Below are positions 41,645 through 54,849 of a DNA stretch of 64,000 bases, piece after piece. Position 1 is the stretch's first letter, and every line of letters starts with the position of its first letter. Under the pieces are notes generated by a model that did not search any database, had not been told where the DNA came from, and was given only the letters and a program-made list of their open reading frames with translations. This stretch comes from Calcarisporiella thermophila CBS 279.70 (taxonomy: Eukaryota; Fungi; Calcarisporiellomycota), in the NCBI RefSeq assembly GCF_041956535.1, contig NW_027192194.1:341444-405443 (forward strand), written 5' to 3'. Made by a program: the position numbers and the translations under genes.

Positions 41645-43764
41645 ATGCCTAGCAAGAAGTTTAGCTATAGCACGGAGCTGCCAGGGGAGCCGGCGCCCGG
41701 AGAAGCTCGAGTCCGTCGCCATACGAAGTTCCCGGATATTGTCTCCACTCCGGCTCCGAATGTGCATACCCTTTACGACCATTTCCTAAGTGCCGTAGAG
41801 CGCTACACTCATCGTAATTGTTTTGGCTACCGCGAGGTCATTGCCATTATTGAGGAGGAGAAAGAGATTTCCAAGATTGTTGATGGAAAGGAACAAATGG
41901 AGAAGAAAGTGTGGAAGTATTTCCAGCTCTCCGAATATAAGTATGTGAGCTATACACAAGCAAAAACCATCGCTTTGAACATTGGGCGGGGGCTCCGGAA
42001 ACTAGGCATGACGGAGAAGCAGTGTGTGGAGATATTTGCGCAAACGAGCAAAGATTGGATTTTGATGGCACTTGGTAAACACTCAAAAGGTCGCAAGGCA
42101 CTGGGCCTTGCGCACTCCTTCTTCCCCCTACCCTCGAAAGGTCCTGGTTTACTAACCGTGTCTTGGTGATAGGAACCATTTCACAAAACATGTATATCTC
42201 CACGGCTTATGAATCGCTGGGAGAGGAGGGCCTACTCTATTCGCTAAAGGAGGTTGAAGCCGTGGCCCTCTTCACGAATGCGGAGCTTCTCAAGACGGTT
42301 AGAAGCGTGGCCCCCGACTGCCCTAGCCTCAAGATCATCGTCTATAATGGCAAGGCGAAACAAGAGGATCTCGCAGGCCTCTCTGACTGGCAGGTCGTTT
42401 CCTTCGAGGAGCTTCAACAGCTGGGCGAGGAGAACCCCGTCGACCCAGTGCCACCTAAAGCGGACGATTTGATGTGCATCATGTACACAAGCGGGAGTAC
42501 GGGGAATCCAAAGGGCGTCATCCTAACGCACTCCAACTTTATCGCTGCGCTAGCGGGGATAAGCAAGACACTCGGCCCCTATGTTAAACCGGATGACACC
42601 ATTCTCGCGTATCTTCCCCTGGCCCACGTCCTTGAGCTACTGCTCGAAACGGTGTGCCTGGGCTTTGGAATCACGCTTGGCTACGGGAGCCCAAAGACCC
42701 TCACCGATTCGTCTGTTCGCAAATGCCAAGGCGACATGAAGGCTTTCCGGCCCTCGTTGTTGGTCGGAGTGCCCACGGTGTTTGAGACGATCCGGAAAGG
42801 CGTGCTGGCGCAAGTGCACCGGGGATCCTCTCTGGTCCAGATGGCCTTCCATGGCGCCTATTGGGTCAAATCCCGGTCCTTGAAAAGGCAGCTCAAGAGC
42901 GTCGCCAAATTGATGGACGCCATTGTGTTCCGCAAGCTGAAGCAGCAGACGGGTGGACGGCTTCGCCTAGCGATCTCGGGCGGTGCGCCGCTTAGCCGCG
43001 AGACGCAGCACTTCTTGACGGTTGCCCTCTGCCCCATTCTACAGGGATACGGAATGACGGAGTCGAGCGGCATGTGCACCGTGATGACACCCGACCTTTT
43101 GGACTACAGCACCGTTGGTGCCCCGCAGCCATGCGTGGAGATCAAATTGGTGGATGTCGAGGAGGCAGGCTACCGCACCTCGGACAATCCGCCTCGCGGA
43201 GAGGTGTGGATCCGGGGTCCAAGTGTTTGCAAGGGATACTTTAAAAACCCCGAGCTCACCGCCGAAACCATCACCGAGGATGGCTGGCTCAAGACCGGCG
43301 ATATCGGCATGTGGCGGCATGACGGCTATCTCACCCTCATCGATCGAAAGAAGAATCTCGTGAAGCTGGCGCATGGAGAGTATATCGCCCTCGAACGTCT
43401 CGAGTCGATCTACAAGTCAAGCATCTACGTGGTCAATCTGTGTGTGTACGCCGATCCGGAGTGCAATCGCCCCGTTGCTCTTGTGCACCCGGATGAGAAC
43501 CGGATTCGCGATCTGGCCGCGGCCAAGGGCATCCAGGAGAAGAGTTTTGCGGCGTTGTGCCAGAATGAAGAAATAAAGCGCGAAGTGCTTGCTTCTATCT
43601 CGGCCGAGGGCAAGAAGGCCAAATTCAAATCGCCGGAATACTTGGCGGCGCTGCATCTGTGTTCCGAGGAGTGGACCGCGGAGAACAACATGCTGACGGC
43701 GGCGCAGAAGCTGCGTCGGCGAGAGATCTCAGAGCGATATCGTGGCGAGATTCAGAAGATGTAA
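41645..43764 (+). CDS. Long-chain fatty acyl-CoA synthetase (Faa1/Faa4/Lcf1-like)
   Basis: IMYTSGSTGNPKGV, YLPLAHVLE, QGYGMTE, GWLKTGDIG, IDRKKNLVKL..GEYIALERLE; single intron ~42076-42172. Confidence 0.95.
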
Positions 43765-44464
43765 ATAGGATCGCTCTAATACTTGCGCGAATCTCTACTA
43801 ATCGCACGAGCTTTTTTCATAGGCTACCGTCTGCCCGAAAGAATTAACTCTGACTGAAGAGTGCAGGTTGAGGGTGTCTCCTTTTTACAGGTCCTTCTTC
43901 GCGTATACCCCCCAGTAGCAACCCCCGTTTTCCCCTTAGTCTTAATGTTCTCTGTGTTTTTTATTTAATCCCTACCGTTCTTGTTTGATTTAATGTGCCA
44001 GAGCGGCTGGATCGCTCCTCCAGCTCGCCCCACCTCTTACCCTAATAATAATAATGATGATGATGATGATGTGTTTCGCCTGATTTCCGAAGCGGTCTGA
44101 AACTCGGTCCACGTGCTCACGCATGGCAATGCCAGAAACCCCAGCCGGGCAACCCGCTCTGGCTTGGTCACCGCATCTGAAAAAAAAAAAAAACTGCGGC
44201 CTCACCAATTTCCCGCAAAATTGTGTGGTCGCAGTTCCGGATCTCTGCGCACTTTTACAAATATGGAAGAGGAAAACAACATAAAATGGAGGTAAAATTA
44301 AAATTTTCCCCGCAGCTTCGCAACCTTTGTTCCCTTTTCTCTTCTCCCAGCCGAACTCGTCAGACACGCTCTCTCACCTCTGCTGCTGAACACCGCTCCC
44401 TGCTCTCGTGCATTTTTCCTTGTCTTCCCTGTAAATATCCAGCACTTGCTTGCTTGTCGTCACC

Positions 44465-44970
44465 ATGAATGCATTTCCGTCCAACTTTGGCCTTGGTAAT
44501 GTAGAGCGACTGTCGATTCCGAGTGTTGCGCCCTCCTTACTGACCCCCTCCACCCTAGGTACCTCTGGCGGGATGAAGCGGAAGTGTGGAGCCGAGTACG
44601 AGCAGGTATGTAGCATGGCCATGCTCCCTTTGCCCCCACCATTTCCCTCTTGTCTCCCCTGCTCTTGCTTTTCTGCTCTCCTTGTTTTCTCGTATTCACC
44701 GCTCTTTTTCATTCGGAACAGAGCATGAACAAACGCCTCAACTCGACTCCAGCCACCGAAGTGCAATTTGCTTGGCCGTTTTTCCCTGAGCGTGAGTCGG
44801 CTCCCCCGACTCCGATGGAGGAGCTCGAGACTGAAGGCACGCAGCTCCCGCCTGCAATCACCATTGCCAATCCGGACTACCGCCCCCTCCCGCCAGACTT
44901 GCTGCAAAAACTATCTGCTGGCCAGACGTGCAGCAATTGGAAGTATTGCGTGAATGGGGGCGGGTTTTGA
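44465..44970 (+). CDS. Small spliced hypothetical protein (~129 aa; possible extra upstream exon from 44263)
   Basis: Donor CAG|GTATGT (44606) and pyrimidine-rich acceptor ACAG (44721) join ...MKRKCGAEYEQ to SMNKRL... in frame. Confidence 0.6.
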
Positions 44971-46178
44971 GCGAGAATGTAGTTTGCAATGGCGTTTTCC
45001 CAATGTACAGATAATCCCCTTCTTGTAGTTTTTGAAATCCGAGTTAAATTAAGTGGCAAGCAACAATTGCATGACAAGTCTCCTGTTGTTTTTGCTTGAC
45101 ATTTGTGCACTGCCGTGAGGGAATTTAATCACGGGGTTTGTAGGAGTTGCATAGAAATGAATAAATCGCATGTTGCCTTAATGCCATGCAGGCCAATGCT
45201 GCAAATGGCCCAGCAATCCAAGGCGAGGAATTTCCAGCATCGGACAGCGACTCTTCACTTTAAGCGCTAGCCTGATAGCTGCAGTTAGGGTGGGGCCGCC
45301 ATGGTGCAGGAGAGCAATTGGAAGAGTGCGGTAAAATGAGGCCATGCAGGAGTTACCAGAGAGAGCCCAAACAGAAAAAGTCGAGTCGACTCTACAGGCT
45401 CGATTTTACCGACTCTCACTATCGAAGGAGAGGCCGCGATAGGCCAAGTGGGACTACGGATAAAAATTCTGACTAAGCTTCCAGAGTGGGTGAGCCACGG
45501 GCAATCGGAGCTCAATCCCAAGAGTCGACTCGGATTTTCCTGCTGCTGCCGCTGCTGCTGCTGACGTCGTGGGGAGGGGGGCCGGCCTCAGCCATACCCA
45601 CAAATCGAGCGTGGATTCTGCTACGCCCGAAAGGCAGCCTCCTCTGCACGCCGGTGGTAGGCTCCGATTGATGCACCCAAGCCTCCCATTGCGGCACCCT
45701 AAACAGGACTGCCGCTTCTATAAAAAGAAGCCTGTTCAAACACTCGGAACAAGCCCCACTCTTGGCCACGGCCCCAGCATAAAGCGAGCATTCAAACCTT
45801 CATAGCCTCTCACGAGGTCATCGAGCACGCTGGATCTCGGGCATCGCCTCCTTGGCATTTCTTTCAGCGAGCCATCGCGTGAATTGGGGATTTCGGAGGC
45901 CAAGGGTCACGGCTGGACGATTTTTCCAGATAATTTTTGATCTCACTGATAACCGAACTTGATTAAAATTGAGGATTGTACTTCCTCAGGCGTGCGGTTT
46001 TTCTTCTCCCCATAATAACAATATTATGCATTCATAGGGCCTCCTCTTCTCTCCCCCTCTCCCCCATCCATAATTATAGCATCCTAGATCCCATCGAATG
46101 GCCCATTTATTATAAACGCATTCCCTCTTCCACTTTCCAAGCCCCTCTTCTTAATATCGATAGACTAATTGCCCTTCT

Positions 46179-49100
46179 GTGATGAGATTAAGGCGCTCGC
46201 AACGCAACCCCAACACTGTGCTCACTTCAAAAGAGGGCGCGTCGCCTCAGCCTTTGCCCCCTCAATACAATCCCTCCCTCCACAAAAATGCCCTCCCACA
46301 CGCCTCGCTGCACCCCGCTCCACATCCGCATCCTCCCCATGCGCAACGTCGTCGCTTCCCCTACGTGCGGCGGAAGCGTTCTACCACGCTAAACCCTACC
46401 GTGTCTGTTGATCCCAACCCTACTAATGGAGCCCACCCGCGACGCACCTTCCTCCTCCGCCAGGTTCGCCGAAAACCATCTATGCCAACTATCGCCCCCA
46501 ATCCCCACCATTCCCAAGCACCTCCCGCGCGAAGGCGATTCCAGATTATACGCAGGAAACGAAGTACGAATTTAACCAGCCCCGCTGTGAAATCTAAGCC
46601 TACGCACATGTTTTTCCGGCGGAGAAGGCCGGCTGACAATGGGCCCGATGCTCCGGAAGCTATCGCGACGATAAAGGCGATGCCTACTGGAAGAGCAATG
46701 GACTCGGCTCCTCTCAGCGCCAGTTCTTCTCCTGAGCCCATTCCCCCCTCTCACCCGCCTTCCACCCCGATCTCAGGCGCGGCGACCAACGGAGCGGCAA
46801 GGACGGCTCATAGACGCAACCGCCAGTTTTTCCGCCGTCGTCGCGGCTCGATACCGGGCGACCCCACTCTTACTCTTAGAGTGGCCATTATTCAGGCACG
46901 GAACCTGGCAGCAAAGGATCGCAATGGCCTCTCCGATCCCTATGCGGTTCTCAACACTGGATTCGAACTGCATCAGACGCACGTGGTGCCCAAATCACTG
47001 CACCCTCAATGGTACAACGAATTCGACCTTCGCCTTAAGCCGCATCGTTGGCCTCATCGCATCGCTATTACCCTGTGGGACAAGGATCGATTTGGCCGCG
47101 ACTTCCTGGGAGAAGTATCTATTCCCCTCAATGCGATACTGGATCTGAACTGCGAGGATCCTGTGCTTGCCTATGACGATCCGCGGAATGGACCACGGTG
47201 GTTCGTGCTAAAAGGGAGGAGTAAGAAAAGACGGGATGTGGAGGTGAGCGGTCAGGTCCAACTGAAGTTTGGGCTGGTGGGCGGGCTCCCAAGCAAGGAA
47301 TGGGTGACAATGTGTGAAAAGATGCTTGAAAGAGTCGCTGAAATATCGACGTCTCTTTCACGATCCATAGGTTCGTAAGCGCTGACATTTTACATGTATC
47401 TTGGTTATCGAGACGGCTTGGTCCTCATCGACTTTTGTATTTTCTACCCACTAGATTCACCTGCCGCCTCTCCGCAAACATTCAAAATGCGAAAGAAGAC
47501 AAAGCCTGGTCGTGCCCTTCACGCCACATTCAACCAAAACTTATTGGGGTCGGTTTTCATCGAGGTGGTATCGGCGTCCGATCTCCCCCCAGAGCGTAAC
47601 GTTACTCGTACCGGTTTCGATATGGACCCGTTCGTCGTCATTTGTTTCGGGCACAAAACCTTCCGCACTCGCGTTATCCGGCACAACCTGAATCCCACCT
47701 GGAACGAGAAGCTCTTCTTGCATCTGACCGAGTCAGAATTGAAGTATGCCCTGCGATTTGCCGTTTATGACTGGGACAAGATTAGTGGGAATGATTTTGT
47801 TGGATATGCGGAGGTGAAAATCCTGGACATTATCGCGTCGTCTGAGAGGAAATGGTCTGCCAACGGAGGAGGAGGAGGAGGAGGGGCAGCAGGCGAGGGC
47901 GAGCGTGAGAGCATTGACCAGGATATGGAGCTACATCGTGTGCCGCTCCAGCTCGCTAACCATAAATGGCGCGACAAGCACCAGCCCATGCTCACCTTCC
48001 GCGCGCGATTCGTGCCATACCAGCAGATCCGACGCCAATTCTGGTACGCCCTCATCAAGCAATATGACCTCAGCGAGGATGGGATGATGAGCCGGGTGGA
48101 GGTCGTCTCCATGCTGGACTCGTTGGGCTCCACGCTCCATGCCAACACCGTTTCAGGCTTCTTCACGCGGTACGGCAAGAACCCCGTGAGTGGAACGCTG
48201 ACTTACGAGGAGCTCATCGAATGCCTTGAGAAGCAGCTGATCAAGGATGACGAAAAAAGCCTCAAGCTGAGTGGCGGAATGGACCAATACTTGAGCGAGA
48301 GCGAGGAGGGGATCTCGGACATTGAAATAGACGAGAATGAGAGCCCACCACTGGAGCCGTTGTCATTGAATCTGATGCTGATGTCTGCCGGCGAAAACGA
48401 GATCGGTGACTCAAGTGCGACGGCAAGTGACGACAATGGGAAAGCATCCAGCGACTCTGAAGTGGTGCTCTGCGAGGAGCCGGAGGACATGGGCGAACAG
48501 ATCGTGCCCAATCTGGCGGATGATTCCGAAATAGAGACCATAGCATGCGAAGCCACCGCGGTGCCAGAAGAGGGCGAAATGAAGCTTGCCAACGAGGTGT
48601 GCGAAGAGGAGGACTGGGAGCTGGTCGGTCCGGCCGCGCAGACGCCTGATTCCACCGTGGAGCGCGTAATTCGCGTCCAGGAATGCCCGATCTGCCATAA
48701 ACCCAAGCTGGGTCGCCGCACCGAGATGGACATTGTGACGCATGTTGCTATCTGCGCGAGCAATGATTGGGTTAAGGGGGTAGATCAGTTTTTGCTTGGA
48801 AACTTCGTGACCGAGGCGCATGCCCAACGAAAGTGGCTGGTCAAATTGGTGAGTCGGGTCGGTTATGGTGGATACCAGGTGGGCAAGGTAGGTTCAAGCA
48901 AGGATTTGGCCCACAGGACGAGAACGGCCGATTGACCCTTTTTCTCTGTGCATATTTCTTCGCTTTTTAGAACAATGCAAACATAATTGTCCAAGACCGC
49001 GCAACGGGCCAACTCATCGAAGAAAAAATGGCCGTTTACATCCGACTAGGCATGCGTCTCCTCTACAAAGGCATGAAGACGGGGGTCGAGTCACGCACCG

Positions 49101-49912
49101 CGCAGCGCCTGCTCACCAACATGACCCTGAAGCAGGGGCGCAAGTTCGACCACCCCAATAGCGTGAGGCAAATCAAATCATTCATCAACTTCCACAAGCT
49201 GGACATGTCCGAGGTGGCCGAGCCACTTGAGAACTTCCGCACCTTTAACGAGTTCTTTTACCGGAAACTCAAGAAAGAGGCGCGGCCGTGTGAGCACCCG
49301 GAGGATCCAAGGGTGGCGGTGAGCCCGGCGGACTGCCGTATGATATGCTTTCCGACCATCAAGGACGCCACACGGCTGTGGATCAAAGGCATCCACTTCA
49401 GCATTGAGCGGCTCTTGGGCGATGCGGAGGAGGCCAAGCGCTACATTGGAGGGAGTCTGGCGATTTTCCGCCTGGCTCCCCAGGACTACCACCGTTTCCA
49501 CTCGCCCGTGGACGGCGTTTTGTCCGAGTTCAAGTGGATCGAGGGCAAATACTACACGGTGAACCCGATGGCCATCCGCTCGACTTTGGATGTGTTCGGG
49601 GAGAACGCACGTGCCGTGGGGTACATTGATTCGCCGAAATTCGGAAGGGTTGCGATTGTGCCTGTGGGGGCCATGATGGTCGGCTCCATCGTGATCACGG
49701 CGCAAGCGGGGCCGATTAAGCGGACCGATGAGCTTGGCTATTTTGCATTCGGAGGAAGTACGCTGGTTGTTCTCTTCCCCCCGGGCCGAATGAAGTTCGA
49801 CCGTGACTTGGTGGAAAACGCGGAGAAAACCCTGGAAACCCTTGTGCGCGTCGGGAACCGTGTGGGCGTAGCCATGAGCGAAAAGAGCGGAGAAAAGGAA
49901 AAAAGTGTATGA
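46179..49912 (+). CDS. PSD2: Phosphatidylserine decarboxylase 2 (two C2 domains, EF-hand-like, PSD domain)
   Basis: C2 IIQARNLAAKDRNGLSDPY; C2 DLPPERNVTRTGFDMDPFV; FNEFFYRKLK, RLAPQDYHRFH, VGAMMVGSI, cleavage motif FGGST (~49751). Confidence 0.96.
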
Positions 49913-50888
49913 ATACGGTACTGCGACCCCCATTTATCAAACATTGGAAAAACACTTCTATACTAAATGTTCAACATCCTTGTTTTTGTATTTCCTCTTT
50001 TTTTTTTCGTTAATTTGTTCGGGATTGGGTGTGTGAAAACTATATCATTTTCTTGTACAATTTCTCTCTTCTGTTTGTTCCAACATTTTCTGAATACCTC
50101 TTCCCTCATCCATTTCTCCCTATATTTGTTCCATCACCGGACTTTTTTTTTATTGTCTATGCAACATTGGAACTTGGAAAAAACATTGAACATTCTTTTG
50201 TGATATTTCCTCTATTCTTCAAAAGTCAAATGTTGCTCGAGAACTTGCACAGAATCGTTCTCCAAATAAGTCCTGCTTAAAATAGGACAAAAGTGTCTAG
50301 CTTCCTGCGGTGGCTTAACCGAAAGAGTGCATAGGCTGCCTCTATAGAAAAACTTGACCCCTTTCGGCCCAAGCAAAATATACGCCTACTTAGTTATATA
50401 TTAAGCGCTGGCCATTGGGATTTTATTTCTCCTGATAAGTAGTTTACTAAGTGGATATACAAACAGGCTTGGGAGAGAAGGGTCGCTTCAATAAACGCCT
50501 AGAGAAGCGAGGCAGAAAAAATGAATGTGCTAATGGCGAGAATCCATAATAAGCCATGGATTGCCTTGCATCCCCATTTTGCTCAATAGCCTCTGTACCG
50601 GGAATCATGGGTGATTTTTGGAAACGCACCTATGCTCTCTGTCCATGCAGGCGCCTCATAAGCGAGCTGCTGTGGCTTCTTTCCGACCTTTGACCACACT
50701 CAGAGATCCCGCCAATGGGTGCCGAGCTAATTTCACCACGCTTTGGTATCGTTAAGGCATAACCTTAAATCAGAGTGCCGTGTTTCCTATTTGATTGCTA
50801 TTGAAAAATTCGATTCCTATTTCTCTTTAGAAAGCCCGACTCTTGCTGTCTCGTCATCTATGATTTCAGCCATTATCATTTGAAAGAA

Positions 50889-52115
50889 ATGCCGGTACAA
50901 TTTGGTAAATTCGACGAGATATGCTCGATGGTGACTCTTCCCCTCTGCCCGCTCATTGGCCCAATAGCCAATAATACTCAGCGTCCGCAGGGGATTGCCG
51001 CCAAATGTTTTAGTCGCAATGTTGATATCAATGGGTTTCTCATCTTCCAGCCCGGTATATACAATGATGATGGTTGGATGCCGCCTCAGTCACTGATGTA
51101 TTTCTTCATTATGTAGCAACGCTTATTATCTATGCCGTCGCATTGATTATGACGACCATTATGATATACCATATCAAGTCGAAATACACGGCAGTTGGTG
51201 AGTCATTTCCCCGATTGCGTGACGAGCTGTCTTTTTCGCTGCATCCAGTTAACTGACTGCTTTCCCAAAAGGCCGAAAGGAAATAGTGATATTCTTCTAT
51301 ATTTACATGGTCACGGCTCTCCTCGAGATGCTGCTCGTGTCCGGCCTTATCCCCATAGGGACGATTGTTTATCCTGTATGTCTTGTTTGAATGCATCCCA
51401 CTGCTCTACTGTCGGCCTAGTGTACTATACCATTTTATCTATCTAGTATTTCACAGCGGTGCATCTTGGCTTTGTATCGGCTCTCTTCTGGTGTCTGTTG
51501 CTCAATGGCTTCGTTGGATTTCAGTTTATTGAAGATGGCACTTCCCTATCCCTGTGGTCAATACGGCTGAGCTCCGCGCTCGTTTTCGGGTTGGTCACCT
51601 TTATTGCCATTGCCACCTTCCTCCCTATCCGTCCCTTCAGCTTCAGCAACCACATCATACTTTGGATAATCCACTACATTCTCAATGGTGCCGCGCTGAT
51701 TATCTATGTGATTTCGCAGATAATCTTGGTGTTGAACACGCTCGATGACCGCTGGCCTCTCGGTGACATTACGTTCGGCGTGCTCTTCTTCACGATCGGG
51801 CAGGTGGTGATCTTTGTTTTCTCCGCCAAAATCTGCGACACAAGCAAGCATTACATTGATGGTCTGTTTTTCGGCACCATCTGCAATTTGCTCTCGGTGA
51901 TGATGGTATACAAGGTAAGACTTACTTGGCGGCAGGGTAGGCGCAGGAAAGCCGGGAGAGCTAATGCCTGATGCGTTTATTTACCGTTTTTTTATTATTA
52001 GTATTGGGACTCGATCACAAAAGAGGACTTGGAGTTCTCCGTTGGAAGCAAGCAGAACGTGTGGGAAGTAAAGCAACCGTTTGACGAGGACGGCCATCCA
52101 CACTTTCCCCACTGA
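50889..52115 (+). CDS. CHS7: Chitin synthase export chaperone Chs7
   Basis: FGKFDEIC...[69 protein letters not shown]. Confidence 0.96.
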
Positions 52116-52564
52116 TGATACCATTATGATTCCCAAGATTCCCTTCGCCATGAATATCTTAACGCTACGCGCCTCTCCCGTGTACTCTACTAATCATCCT
52201 ATTTACCTCTCATATTTTCTATTATATTATTTCATGCGACTCTCGTAACTTTTCACCTCTTTCTGCTAATATTTTTTCTAATTTATATATTATATTTCCT
52301 TCTTGGATCAACGAACAAATTCCTTCTTCAGGCTGGCTGACCTTGAAATATGTTTGAACGCGATTTTCGCGTTCCTCACTTTATTTTTTATTAACTTGGC
52401 TTTCCTCTCCATCCTACTCATTGCGGTGATTCACCCTTCCACAAGGCGGTTCACCTATCTGCCACTGGGGCGATTATTTCTGAACGTACCAAAAGGCAGA
52501 GCTGGTTAATTCTCATTAAAGATTAGCAAGGCAAAACGCGAAAACATTTTGAATATAGCAGTCA

Positions 52565-54333
52565 ATGCGATTCAAGTGGTTACATGGTCCAAAGAGGGAC
52601 TCTCGGGCGGACGCGACTGTAACAGATACAAAGACAGAAATTCGTGTAGCGAAAGAGCAAGTCGTTGACGAAGCGGAAAGCAGTGGGGATGAAACAAGTG
52701 TTGCTGATTCATTCAGATTTAAAATTAACGAGAGATCGGATCTGTTGCGCACACCTCCTCCTGCGCACCAAAGAGACAAGCCAGATCCGCGCTCTCCCAA
52801 ATCACGCCCCATTACGACGTTAAATCGAGCCAATCTTGAAAAGGCAGAGGCAGATTCTTATCTCAATGAAAAGGTAGATATCGGCTTTATATCACTCGGA
52901 AAATCCATGCTTAATATATCATTTCATAGTCGATTAATGCTTCATATGCATCGACTATGGCCAACGTGGAACTTTCTTTAGCAGTTGACGATGAAATGAT
53001 ATCAATTGTCCGAAGTTCGGGTGAGGAAAGAGAGAACGAAAAAGACGGCGAGGAACTTGACCAACTTCAGTCCTCTCACTCTGAGCTACAGACCGAAGAG
53101 TTCCCCTTGCAAGTTCAGAACAGCTCTATCGATAAAGAACGCGAAGGCACTCTGCCCACAATGACCGGCTCCCACCTTGAACCAGGCAAGGAGCAACTGG
53201 AAATTATGGAGCTGCGTGCACAAATACGAGCCCGGGACGCCAAGATTCTCGCAATGGAGAAGGACTTGGCGAGGAGCACTGACACGAAATTGGAGATGGA
53301 GCGACGGCTGAAGCTTGCAGAGGGATTCCTGCGCGCGGAAAAGACTCTGCTCGACCGAAAGTCGGAGGAAATTAAAAAAGCACTGTCAGAAAAAATTGGC
53401 TTGGAAAAGCAGCTGCAAGCAGCCGAGGAAAAGATAAAGGAGCAGAAAACGCTGCTTGAATGCCGTTATGATGAGCTTGCTGGGATACGGGAGCAGAACA
53501 ACTCCCTCCATGCGAAAATCAATACCCTGGCTGCGAGTGAGAAGAAACTGGCGAAGGAACTTCATGAGCTTAAAGAGCGTATGCAATTAATGGAGCAAGA
53601 TACATCCCGCGAAAATGAGCAGATGTTGGCACGCCTGCATGCTGCTGAGAAGACGGCAGCAGAGCAAGCAGCACTGCTTCAGGCACGCAGCAAGGAAAAT
53701 GCTCAATTGCGCGAGCACAGCACCAACCTCTACAACGAGGTGGCCTCCTTAACCGATCAGCTCAAGCAACAAATCGAATCAGCACATGCTCGCGCAGATC
53801 AACTCCGCCACGAACGGGAAGCTGAAGTCGAACGCTTACTCGGAAAGATCAAGCGGAGAGAGGAGGTCGCACTCGGCTTCCGGCGCCAGCTAAAGGAACG
53901 GAGTCGGGAGCTAACGGAGGAACGCACAATGCTGGCTCGTCTGCTGCAGCAGAAGGAGGAGCTGATGAAAGAGGTGGATGAGGGTAAGAAAGTGATAGAG
54001 GAGCAGGCAGCGAAACTTCGCAAGCTATTGAAAGAGAAGCAGGCCATGAGCGAAAGGTTGGCAGAAGTCAGCCGAAACCAGCGAGCCCTGGAAAAAGAAA
54101 ACGTGCCCCATTCGCTCAATTCCTTGGATCGTAAGTCGATCCAAGGGTACCATGCTGATACGAAAACGGCACACACTCCTCGATCAGCCATGGCGAATAA
54201 AACAGGGCTGGTAGCAGCATCAAGCGTCAACTTTGACGTGACCCCCTCTGTGAAGTCGCGATATGTTTCCCTAGACAAACGTGCCCTCACGGGTTCTGCG
54301 CGCGCGCGACGAGCCGCTGAAATGCTTCTCTAG
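52565..54333 (+). CDS. Coiled-coil protein of unknown function
   Basis: Two exons (intron 52874-52929, in frame); ~300 aa of heptad-rich E/K/L/R sequence; KEN box (EKENV) near the C-terminus. Confidence 0.8.
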
Positions 54334-54849
54334 TCATTGTCACGTTTTTCATCTTTCTCCTCTTTCTCCCCACCCCCCCCCCCCCCTCCGAAACCCACTG
54401 AAGTCTTTCCTTTTCGGCCCAGAGTTCTTTGCGCATGTTCACTATGGTCCTGGCCGAGCGCGAGCTTGTCTCAAGTCTGTTTTAATTTAGTGTTTATCCT
54501 ATTTGTTCTGTGCTTTTATATACTCTTTTTAACGTCGAAGATGCAGTATGTACTACAGTATTTGTTTCTTTTTACCCCCCCCCCCATTGTAAATAGAATT
54601 GCTCAACATTTTCTTTCGTGTTAATTAAAGATGAACGAGTATATATATTGTAAGCAGAAAATCGAGGGAGAAAAAACAAAACGAAAAGAATAGCTCTAAT
54701 AAAAAACGATACAACGGGAAATAAAACAAACTACCAAAGACGAAGACAGAAAAAATCAAATTAAAGAACGGAAGGTTAAGGAAGTAGATATAAATTACAA
54801 CTCGACACATCGACCCCTAAAGCAGTATTCATGTCAAAAGTGCCCCGAT

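Noticed and set aside
33679-52115. ERG28, PEX13, FAA, PSD2 and CHS7 as a lipid/membrane gene cluster
   Set aside because: Unrelated housekeeping pathways interspersed with SAC3; no biosynthetic core enzyme.
52113-52193. CHS7 ends in TGA TGA followed by an open 24-codon tail (readthrough or Sec?)
   Set aside because: Tandem stops argue for firm termination; no SECIS-like element or conserved Cys context is evident.
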